Position numbers and translations under genes: made by a program
The notes under the pieces: model-generated
Databases searched by the model: none
What the model was told of the DNA's origin: nothing
What the model saw: the letters and a program-made list of their open reading frames with translations, nothing else
In this document: one piece after another, positions 45,753-56,130 of the stretch
How the letters are laid out: each line of letters begins with the position of its first letter
How positions within the stretch are numbered: the first letter of the stretch is position 1
Source of the DNA: Heteronotia binoei
Lineage: Eukaryota
Assembly (NCBI RefSeq): GCF_032191835.1
Contig: NC_083236.1
Span: 27,404,001-27,468,000 of the forward strand
Reading direction: 5' to 3'
DNA length: 64,000 nt

Positions 45753-48435
45753 TAAGAGAAGGGCATTAGAAAGAATCTGCACTAAAAAGAACCTGAAGTG
45801 GTACAATCCAGATGCCTCATTTGCTGTTTACAAGAATTAAGCCTGAGATATCAATCAGATCAGCATTAGGATCTTAAGAACTCTTTATTTCCTCATATTC
45901 AAGATGTATGCCATTTTTCCTCAAATTGAAAGAGTAACTGAATAGAACACTCACCACAGTCCAAGGGGTTATGACTCAGTAAATGTCTTCTCTTTGCATC
46001 ATCTACCTAGAAAATATTAGACATTTAGCATTTGGGAAAGGATCACAGTTACACATTTATTGATTTACTTTCCAATCTGAATCAAAGGATCTGAATAAAT
46101 ATTCATAGATTGTCATACATCATAGCAAATGTTGTCATGATTTACCTGGACATTGTACATCCCTCAAGCTGAATCAGACCAAAGAAAAGGCTGTGGATCT
46201 TGGGACAGAAACTCACAAAATGACACACAACTGCTGCCATGGAAAGCCTACTCCCACTGAAGTAATTAGTGATTAAAAATATGTGACATGGCATCATCAA
46301 GCTTCAAGTTTCCCCTTTCCAGCTCAATTTAATTGGTTGTCACTTGCAGGGGCAAGAATCTCAAAGCACCATAACAGTATGTCATGCATTTTTGCTTTTG
46401 GACAAAAAGGGAGAAAGAGGATGCTCTTCTCAAAGGCAACCACACATCTTTCTAATGCTTGGTTAGGCTCTCAGAGACTATTGTGTTGTGAGAAGTTTCT
46501 GATATATAGGGGAAGCTGAGTTTGCTTTATTCTAAGTTCCTCTTGATAAAATGATATCCTCCTTCAGTGTGCATATCTCTAGGCTGGAAATTATCTACCA
46601 CATATTGGGGTTGCCAGATCCCCTCTGGCCACTGGCATGGGTGGGGCGGGTATGGTTCCCAGGTCCAAATTGGGAAACTCCAGGAGATTTGGTGGCGGAA
46701 CCTCAGGAAGACAGGGACCTCTGTGGGGCACAATACCACAGGGCCCACCTTCCAAAGCATCCATTATCTCCAGCAGAACAGATTTCAGTAGTCTGGAGTT
46801 GAACTGTAATACCAACTGTAATACCAGGGAATCCCCAGGTCCCAGCTGGAAGCTGGCATCCCTACTACACTCTCAGAGCTAATGTTTTCTTAACAATGAA
46901 GAATTTTAACTATCTGAAGTTATAAGTGGCTGGTGCTTTGATACTGGTGATTTCTAAAATTCTGGGTTTTCTGTTTTTTGTTGTTGTCAAGTACAGCAGA
47001 CTTAGGATTGCATTGTGAAACTTCAATTGCTAGAGTTAAGGAAGGAAGATATCAAGCACCACCAAAACCAGCTTCGGAGCCCTGTCTATGGAGGAAAGCC
47101 CTCTGCCCACACTCATCCAAGCCTACTTACTAGTATCTGCATATGGAGGTTATGTGGCGTGTGTTCTTTAGTTGACTTGTTGGCTTGCAGTTTGGAAGCG
47201 GCTGAAACTCTTACAGAATTGTTTCCATCATGGTATGGCTTATGGTGGTGAAAAGACTGGCTTAGGTTTGATTCTGTGTTCAAAGGAGAAATAACTTTCT
47301 GATTCTCCAGCATAAAAAGAACTAGAAAGAAACTTAGTCATGGCTTCTTCTACATAGGGGTATTTTCCCAAGGTGCTTCTCTCTTTATTGGGGAGTTTGC
47401 ACATGGAGATCATGATCTTTCCAAATATGACTCGTAGGGCTCCCAGGGATTTCCCTAAAAAAGAAGGGGGGAAACCTCCTTTTTTTAAATTTAAAAAGGA
47501 ACCAACACACTAACTGCAGGCAGACCTTCCATGCAACAGCTCTGCCTACAACCAATACAGGGGGAAAGGGGTGGAACTTAGTGCTGCCTTCAGGATGACG
47601 ACACTCAACTCTAGTCTGTTTCCCCCTATTTTAGCCCTTTAACAGGGCTTTTAAAAATTGATTGTTGTATGAGTGAAACACATAAAATTGTACACAGTCC
47701 AAGATTCACAGGATCCAGTGTTCAATGGACAAAATCTAATTTTTCGCAGATCTGTTCCACAAAGGTCTGCATCTTTTTAATGTTAACTTAATCAACATTG
47801 TCACTGATCACACCTTCTCATACCAGTAACTGATTAATGTTAGTGCTTTCAATCGCCATGCTATTAATATGGTCGGGATGTCTGACTGGGTGACTCCATT
47901 TCAAATGAGGACAGATAAAAACAGGAGTGTCTCACTGACGGGTTAAATGGTGTGTCTGACTGCAGTCCAGGTCTCACACATGAAGGATGCAGCATCTACA
48001 TCAAAGAATACCTGTCCAAACTAAACGCACACTTTCATTTTGCTTTTTCAAAGCTGTCTTTCATTACTTCTGGAGGGCACTTTAGTAGTCAACAGTCAAT
48101 ACTGGAATGCCTGGAATGACTTTGCAAGATCTGATTTGCTCCAAGTAGATGACACAATCTCAGTATGAAAAGCATGCACTCCTAGACTCTAAGTGGTCAC
48201 TCAAGAACATTCATGGAAAGTCAGTCCACTTCTTTTACTCAATAGTACCCATCCAGTGGGGTCTACCCCCTCCTGCTTCCCTCTCCCAAACTGGACCTGA
48301 GGAAGCCTAGCATTTGTCTCATTTGGGATGTGTCTGGGTGCTCAGATTGTTCCTGCTCCAGAAATATCTCTACTGGCAGTAAGAACCAAAATAATTTTTT
48401 CAACTATCACTGCATAAGAAAAGCTCCCCCTAGAC

Positions 48436-48910
48436 CAGGGTTGTCAAACATAAGACCTGGGGAATGGAACACGCCTATCAAGGGCTATCTTCCAGCCCAT
48501 GAGTGACTGGTGCAAGGAAGGAAACAGGATGTTGTTGTGGGGGGAGGGCAGTGGGCAGAGCCACTTTGATTGTGACTCGGCATGGCAGAATAATCTTGTC
48601 TGCAGCAGTCAAGCAGAACCCCCCTTCACTTCAGTGGCAGCCTCACTGGTAAACTGGAAGCCACCTCAGCCACATTCATGCTGGCTCTGCAGTCTGCCCA
48701 TGCAGGTTTCCCTCTGAATGCACGCCCCGCCCCCCAGCCCCTGGGGCCTTGCAGTGAGGAAAAACCAACTTGGAGCTTACCAGCTGCTGTCCTTTATAAA
48801 GTTTATGTCTTCGGTACCTCACATTACATTTTATGACACACACGGCCTGGCCTTATAAAATCACATTTATGTCAGATCTGGCCTTTGTAACAATGGGTTC
48901 GACATTTCTG
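48436..48910. mobile_element. hAT (Charlie-like) MITE
   Basis: cagggttgtcaaac / gttcgacatttctg termini; TSD ccctagac / ccctagat (7 of 8 match). Confidence 0.7.
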
Positions 48911-51900
48911 CCCTAGATCATACACAGTGACCTTGATTCCTACCTGTAAGCTTTTTAATGTTTTCTGCATCCAAACTGGACATTGTAAAGATCGCCTGGT
49001 CTCGCATTTGACTCCTCATTGTATGTTCTCTAGACCAGCAAGATGCAAAAACAAATTTAACAGGACATTGTTAGAATTTAAATGTATTTAAGTACTGGAC
49101 ACTCTTTCTTTATCCAAATACACATCTTCAGCTGACTGTGAATGTGCAAAATTTGAGTCCAGCAGCACCTTAGAGACTAATAAGATTTCCAGAGTACAAG
49201 CTTTTGAGAATTAAAGCTGCCTTCATTTTCTACAGCAGACCAACGTGGCTACACACCCAAAACTTACTGTGAAAGTATGCATCTTATTTTAAATGAAGTA
49301 CTTTCATTCTATCCCTAACTCCAACAGGCATTCACTCTTACCTTTCTCCATTTGTCCACAATCCCTCGTGACTTTTATTTTAGACTGAAGCAAGAAACAG
49401 ACTGTTGGTATATAGTTGTGAAGTGCGGAACATGCAATGCATCTGCAACGTCACTATTCATCTCCTTATGTCTGAAATGTGCCCAGGTGTGTGTGTGGGG
49501 GCCTCCATTTTGAGACTTATGTAGTGCTGGGCTGCTGAGTTTCTGCATTGGTGATTTCTGTGGTCTCCAAGACAACATTGTCATAAAATCCCCCTCTGCT
49601 CATGTTGTGCCCCCAGCACTAGGATAACATTATGGTGGTAAAAACACTTGCATAAGAATAACCATTCTCTCAAGATACAGTGAGGGTGAAAAGGCAACTG
49701 CTCTCTGGCCATGCCAGCACAGTCAGTGGTTCAACTGAGGATAGGAGCTCAGCCCACCACAGTTCTCCTGAGCACTACAGAAATCCCAAGTAGAGCATAG
49801 ATAACAGGATGTGGAGCTTGTAATGGGCCCACTTATGGATTATATGAAAGTAAACAGAGCATAGACAGTTCTCACAATGGCTAGGGGTGAGCGGTGCAAT
49901 CCAACAAGTAGCGGTATCAGGATGGAAGCTGTTTAATTTGTATACAAATTATTGGGGCAGAGGGAGCAATCTAGCAGTCCAGTTGCCAAGTCTGTAGATT
50001 ATGCCAAATTTACAGAATGGTAGATTGTGAAGAGCTACGGGACAATCTCTCTAAATTGGGTGAGTTGGCAATAGTGTGGCAAATGTTCAAGGTGATGCAT
50101 ACTGAAGCAAAAAATCCTAATTTAAAACATATACTGATGGAAGGAAAGAGATCTTGGGGCTGCAGTGGAAAATCTGATGATAAGGTTGACTCAGTGTGCT
50201 GAATCTTTCTGGAATATTTCATATACATACACATACATAGCCTGGAGAAGGATTTTGGTGATGGGAATTCTAAAGAGGCACTTTGCACAAAAAAGGAAGT
50301 GAGGGAACACCTAACTGGGACTGCAAGGACTCAGTCCAGGTAAGCAAAGGAGGGAGATCCCTGCCTCAGTTTTGGATTGTTGCCTCTGTCTCTTTCCTAC
50401 AACAGTTACCTACTGTGTTATTAGCTCAACTGCCCTTCCTCCTGAAGAGCTGAAAGCAGAGCCTTCCTCCCAGGGGACACATGAGAAGTAACCATAGTAT
50501 AGAGAAAGTAGCCCCTTTGGATAGATGCAGGCAGGACACCACTGTGATGTCATGCAAGTTTTACCTCACATGCCATGCAAATTTTATCTCACACACCAAC
50601 CCCACAACCACAGCTATTGCTGGACAAACAGGATTCCTGTAGCCTCACAGGAACACAACCCCAACAGGTGACCAAGTACCATTTGCAGACAGAGTTCCAT
50701 TGCAACTCCTGACAAAGGGGAAGTTACAGGCCCAACAACTGCACAGTGTTTCCTCAGCTCAAGCCCAGTAGAAGAGAAGAAATTGGATATATACCCCGCC
50801 CTTCACTCAGTGGCTTACATTCTCCTTCCCCTCCCCACAACAGACACCCTGTGAGGTAGGTGGGGCTGAGAGAGCTTTTAAAGAACTGCTCTTGAGAGTA
50901 CAGCTCTGAGAGAACTTGAGACTGGCCCAAGGTCACACCAGCAGCTGCATGTGGAGAAGTGGGGAATCAAACCTGGTTCTCCCAGATTAGAGTCTGTGCT
51001 CTTAACCACTACATCAAACTAACTCTCCTCTAGACATATCACAGACAGTTTGCATACAAACTGTGTACATGCTATCTTTTCCTGTAGGCAAACTGAATAA
51101 CTCTTCTTACAGTCAACATACTAAGGCAGGATGTACAATTTAAGGCACAGTTGTATCCAGGTTCTGATCCTCAGTTTTATATTTAAAATGAAAGTGGGTG
51201 CTGACTTTTCCTTATGAACAGATACATGTTCACTGCTGTATGTACAGGGCTGCAGTTTTCCTAGCTGAACAAAGGCCACAACAGCAGTCTAACTTTCAGC
51301 CTGCCACAGTGAGGAAGATTCCCACAGGTAGCCAGCAGAACAAAACAGGTTTCCTTCTGCAGCATCAAACTGTCAACTAAAGCCAAGAAGCTAGAAATTT
51401 TCCATTTGTAGAAGGGGGCTGCTGGTGTTTATGGTATGGAACCCTTTTGTAGATTGACTGGGAAAGCTAGAAATTCCAGGAGAGCATCTGAAGTGTGAGC
51501 TTCTGAGGGTGAGGAGGAAAAGGCTGTCATTTTGGAGACCGCTCTGGCAGAAACCAAAAGATAGCCTTGGGGAAGGCATATCTGCCATAGCATAGCAGAC
51601 CGTTTTGCTTGCCACACTGTGATAAGCCTCCACCAGCAGAACTGTTGGGGCTAGAGGCACAACAGAAGGCAATAGGCTTATGCCTGCTATTACCTTCTGG
51701 CCCTGCACAAGCCACATGTTAGGTGGTTGCTGAGATGCTGATCCAAACATGATCTGCCAAGCTTAACTCTCACACACCCCTCCCCATTTTGTTTGCTGGC
51801 ACAGCAACATCTTAACAGGGAAAGGATGCATTTTTTTCCTGTCACCTGGGTCAAAAAGACAGTCTACCCCTAACTGAAGGAAAGAGGGATTTGAGAAAAT

Positions 51901-53585
51901 GACCTCCAGAAAAAAAAAAAAGATGGAGATCAAAATCTGAAAACTTTAAGATTATCCTGTCTACTTCTTAACTCACTGTCATAGGGGGTAAGTGCAAGAC
52001 CCAGAAACGGAGGATAACTTTTAACACTCTTATTTATTCTTCCTTTGCTCTGTAGTGACTGGGTGATTCTTGCCAACTACAAGTTTGTCCTTACAAATAA
52101 CATATTTTTCTTTTTACGACTTTGTTGCTATTGTGGTCATGCAGCATCCACAGACAAGGCCTTAACATGGTCTCAAAGAAGGGGCCAGGAAAGGCTAGGA
52201 ACTCCTAATTTAAAGACAAATTTTAAAGAGACAAAGAGAGAGAGAAAGAGAAGACAACAGAATGGTTTTTAGAGGGACTAAATCAGTATACCTTAACATC
52301 TTCTATATGTTATAAAAAGAGGGAAAGAGGCAGAACAAGGCTAGAAAAAGATGAATTCCTCTCACTAAAGTCTAGTAATTTGGGATACATGTCAGGTAGG
52401 TCAGTTCCTCATCTGCTGTGGCAGAATGGAAATAATGACAGCATTTGTCTGTGTATTTAAGACCTACACAAGGGAACAGAGAGTATACGGCCAGAGATGC
52501 AACTTGGATTAGAGTCCAGTTTAATGCATACTAAGATGAAGGGTTTTGGGATTGTTTCCCAGATGTGTATGTCTGGCTCACATCTGGCCAGGCCAGCCTG
52601 ACAATTTCAGGTGTATCTTAAATGGTCCCCACAACTTGCTGCACCAGAAGCACTGGGTGATACAGCTTACAGTGGCACTGCAGAATATAGCCACTAGTGC
52701 AAAACATGGAGACACCTCACACCTTCATAGGGAGCATTGTTTGGTTCAGAATGGCTGATAACAGATGGGCAGTTTGGGGTGGATGGGAGGCATCCCAAAT
52801 TGGGCTGACTCAGAAAGAACTGTCCCAAACGATCCACATGCTCCAGCGCAAGGCGCCCTTATCCTGCCTGCAGGGCACCTTGGCATGGTCAGACGACTGT
52901 AGCACACTATTCCCTTAGAGTGGTTTGGTTTTCTTTTTCCCCATACATTTTAGTAGTCATGCGCATATGCATGCTCATGTGCTCTGGGCAGTTTGTTAAA
53001 AAAAAAAGCAGGTTCTCACCACCAAGGCACCTCACCTGCATGCTTCCGTGTCCAGATGTCAAAGAGGCGATTGGAGTGCAGCTCAAAAATTTGCTACTAC
53101 TTCGAAAGTGGTAGCTTTTTGAGTCACTCTGAGGACACCAGAGGATGCGGTGAGTATAGGATGAGGACGGGCAGCAGATGTTAGCGCTTGGAAGGATTTT
53201 TCATGTCGGTTTCTGAGGCATCTCTGAGTTGGTCCAAACTGCCCATCTGTTATCAATTGAATTGTGCCTATGTGGCTTTGCAATATGAATGAAAAAAGGA
53301 AGGGACTTCTACCAAATCAGCTCCTGCCAGTCAACAATGTACAGCCTACCAAGGCATTCAGAGGCCTTCCCTAGGCAACATAGCTGGAACTACCTTGCCA
53401 CCATTTGACCTTTTCTATTGTATAAGAATGCAACTATTTGAACAGCACATGCACAGACCTGTGCTGCTATATAACTGAGGTGGGCCCAAGTACAGGATTC
53501 TTGTGTGCTTAGCATCTCTTGTAACAAAGGGTGTATATCAAGCAGAATCCACAACCCAGAAACAAAAGCTAAACAACATCCATAC

Positions 53586-53652
53586 CTTGACTTCTCTTTG
53601 TTCTTGAGGCTGAAATGCAGGTGGGCAGCTTTTCTTTCATTCTCTCTGTCAT
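53586..53652 (-). pseudogene. LRRC36: LRRC36 exon 4 (DDRENERKAAHLHFSLKNKEKSR), shortened but in frame
   Basis: 67 bp; cctttag acceptor, AG/gtatgg donor; ERKAAxLHF motif. Confidence 0.8.
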
Positions 53653-54000
53653 CTAAAGGAAACAGGAATGAATTCACCATTTGAAAGTGTTGCAGAGAAT
53701 TGTGTTTTCACTTGTTCAGGTTTATGTTTGGGTAGAAGCAGGGTGATAGCAGGGAGGCATGCTGGTGTGGTGTGTGCATTCATTGCCTCCTTCCATAGGA
53801 GGCTGGAAGAGAGGAGTCAACGGCATCCCACTCCATGAGAAATTACAGGTCTCAAAACAGCAAGCACAACTCCCAAAGCAATTTGGCTCAACAGGAAGCC
53901 TCTAGTTAAACTGAATAGCAGATGCAAACCATCACTTTAAGATAAGGACCCCAAAAAACAACGTGGAGCTGTACATATTCTTCTTTGCACTTTATCTCAC

Positions 54001-54178
54001 CTAGTTTTTCAGAGCTTGTAATTTTCTCACTGTGAACAGCCAATAATCAGAGTCATTCCTGGTTACTGGGTTGAGGAGAAGGTCTAGCTTTCTCAGGCGA
54101 GGGAAAGTCTGGAGGCAGGCTACTTCCAGCAAGGATGAAATGTGATTATAATGCAAATGACTGTAAAGACTCTAGGCC
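54001..54178 (-). pseudogene. LRRC36: LRRC36 exon 3 with two frameshifting deletions and a stop
   Basis: GLESLQSFAL* (TAA at 54146-54148). The homologous HYNHISSLLEVACLQTFPRLRKLDLLLNPV...DYWLF peptide is in a shifted frame. The end reads CTG AAA AAC TAG instead of CTG GAA AAA CTA G. Confidence 0.88.
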
Positions 54179-54535
54179 CTGCACTGAGAAAAAAAAGGCA
54201 GCAGTAGAGTTTTCAAAGGGAACAGTGCTTTAAACAACAAACTTGAAGGCACATTTCTTCCGATTTCCTCTCATTCAGTACAGCCTGAGTTGTCTTCTTT
54301 GTCCTACTCTCATGGGTAAAAAATAAATGTGATAATCTAGTCCTTGCTGCTATAATTCACAGAAATTTTAGCGTACTCTTTTAAGGAGTCAGCACTGACT
54401 AGGTATTTTATTTAATTTTCTATTGCAAACACGGTCTTACAGAGCAAGAATCATGCTGGAAACAGTTAAACCAGCTCTTCCAGGTCCTTGGATTGTATGC
54501 ACATAGGTCAAGAAGACCCAGAATACAGAACTCAC

Positions 54536-54667
54536 CTCCAAGCTCATGAGCAGGTTCTTTGACAAATCTAAGTACTTGAGGTTTTTAAAAGATTTCAGAC
54601 CATCTCCCAAGGAGACTAGGTATTTTGTCTGCATAAGTTCTTTGTAGTGAGAGGGAATCCACCTGTT
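54536..54667 (-). pseudogene. LRRC36: LRRC36 exon 2 with 4-bp insertion frameshift
   Basis: EQVDSLSLQRTYADKI in one frame and VSLGDGLKSFKNLKYLDLSKNLLMSLE in another, separated by CCTA (+ strand tagg, 54617-54620). In-frame TAA at 54585-54587. Confidence 0.88.
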
Positions 54668-54794
54668 CTGGAAAGAAATGAGAACTTGTAAATGTGTTTA
54701 AGTCCCTTGTATAGTTGTTCAGCTGAACACATTTCAACAACTTTCATTCTGGCGAGGTTCAGATATTTTAATTAATAAATAAATCGGGGGAGGG

Positions 54795-55200
54795 ATGTGA
54801 CATGTGGATCACGTCAGTGGTCCATCTAGTCCAGCACCGTTTCACACAGCGGTCAACCTGTTGTCATGGAGGGCCAACGAAGCAGGGCACAGATGTTACC
54901 TCCTGGTATTCAGAGGTTTATTGTTGCTGAATGTGGAGGTTCACCTTCAGTTACCATGGCTGGTAGCTGCAGATGGATCCCTCCTCTGCGAATCTGTCTA
55001 CCCTCCCTTTTCAAAGCCATTTCCATCCAGCAGCGAATTCCACAATGAATCACACGTTGAATTAAAGCAATGATTTCCTTTTGTCTGTCTTGAATCTAAT
55101 GCCCATCAACTTCATTGCCCAACCCAAGTTGTAGTATTGTGGGAGAGGGAGAAAAAGTTCTAATGCATTTTCTCCAAGCTATGCGTATTTTTACAAACTT
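54795..55200 (-). mobile_element. CR1 LINE 3' end in LRRC36 intron 1
   Basis: Same text as the 7392 element (ggtccatctagtccagca...ttttgtctgtcttgaatcta...gagggagaaaaagttc). Confidence 0.8.
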
Positions 55201-55479
55201 CTAACTTCCTTCCTTTGCTTTTTCTCTCCCCTCCGTCCCTGGTATTTTTAGGGATCCTTTCTATTGCTGGGAGCCCTTTGGCATGAAGAAGAGGCTATAA
55301 AACATGACTTATGATTATGCTGAATGTGCGACCTACGCTTTCCACTCCAGGTAAGGGGCGGAGGTCAGAAGCAGAAGGGGCCTTTTGCTGAACAACCACT
55401 GATCTTTAGTCGTCCTTCGGGGGGGGGGGGGAGGCTCAGACAGACTCCTAGCAGAGAAGCTTCACTTCCCAAAGTCTTG

Positions 55480-56130
55480 CGCGCTCAAACACACCCAGAA
55501 TGACACAAGTGCCCGTATCTTTTCTCCACAGTTGCCTAATACTCCTCATCCTCATCCTTTGGGTTTGGAAACCATTCCTCAAATTTGAGCAGGCGCGAGC
55601 TGCGGCCGCTCCTAACGGCTCCCCCGGCCCAAGAAAAAAGAAAGCAGGGAGAGGAGCCGCCCAGTCCTCTCGTTCTGCCTCTCCAGTCCTGCCTGTAAGA
55701 GTGCCTCTGGGCGCGTGCAGGGCGCCCCTCCCTCTCCCAGCGGCTTTTCTCTCTCGCCCCGCCTTCCTTTTCTCCCCCTGCTCCAACTGCCGTCCTCCGC
55801 CCCCCCCCCCCGGTTACCTGGCTCGAGGCCTCGCAGGGCCTGCTCCTCCCGCATCCAGGCCTCATTTAGCTCTATCTCCAGCGCCATGGGCCGCGCGTTG
55901 CCAGGCAACCCGGCCCAACGTCCGCCCGACAGGGGGAGGGGTGGGTCGCTGGGAGGCAGTTGAGCCGTCGCTCGGCCGCCCCTCCCCCCAGAATGCACCC
56001 TCAGTTTGCTCAGCATGGTAATGGCAGCGCTGAGAGAGCTAAGGAAAAACACCAACCCCGCCCCTCCCCCCCCCCCAAAAAAGCTAGGAGGGCAGGGAAG
56101 GGGGAAAGGCAACCAAACCTTGTCAGGGTG
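55480..56130. promoter_or_regulatory. CpG-rich bidirectional promoter shared by LRRC36 and KCTD19
   Basis: The most CpG-dense tract in the window; divergent ATGs at 55887 (-) and 56015 (+); X-box GTTGCCAGGCAAC at 55897-55909; GC box at 55921-55928. Confidence 0.8.
55818..55887 (-). pseudogene. LRRC36: LRRC36 exon 1 (MALEIELNEAWMREEQALRGLEP-), intact
   Basis: 70 nt (23 codons + G) then gtaacc donor; resembles human MAEQWELDEEGIRRLGALTLEQPE (recalled). Confidence 0.85.

Larger units (their letters stand above)
37236..55887 (-). pseudogene. LRRC36: LRRC36 ortholog with disabled LRR-coding exons (unitary pseudogene or N-terminally truncated gene)
   Basis: Exon peptides match recalled human LRRC36 (FKNLKYLDLSKN, ERKAAHLHF, RSLSPS, LVDRYWNGSGSLLLN, RSLVSTN..QQLN). 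Head-to-head with KCTD19 as in human. Frameshifts and stops in exons 2 and 3. Exons 5-7 not confidently located. Confidence 0.85.

Noticed and set aside
49342-49471. Candidate LRRC36 exon 6 (cag...AAG/gtaag) on the - strand; also a 59-bp candidate near 47213-47271
   Set aside because: Splice-like ends exist, but homology is too weak to fix the frame and stops occur in the frames I checked; left unassigned.
51466-51543. Candidate LRRC36 exon 5 (RAVSKMTAF...DALLEF) on the - strand
   Set aside because: It has a good acceptor in the right phase, but no convincing GT donor and only weak similarity; not called.
53036-53246. Possible poison exon on the - strand inside the inverted-repeat element
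   Set aside because: The donor is good, but the acceptor lacks a pyrimidine tract and there is no homology support.
54536-54667. Compensatory frameshift rescuing LRRC36 exon 2 (132 nt is a multiple of 3)
   Set aside because: It would need exon 1 to end in phase 0, but exon 1 ends in phase 1 at a clear gtaacc donor; the alternative acceptor 5 nt downstream also hits a TAG.
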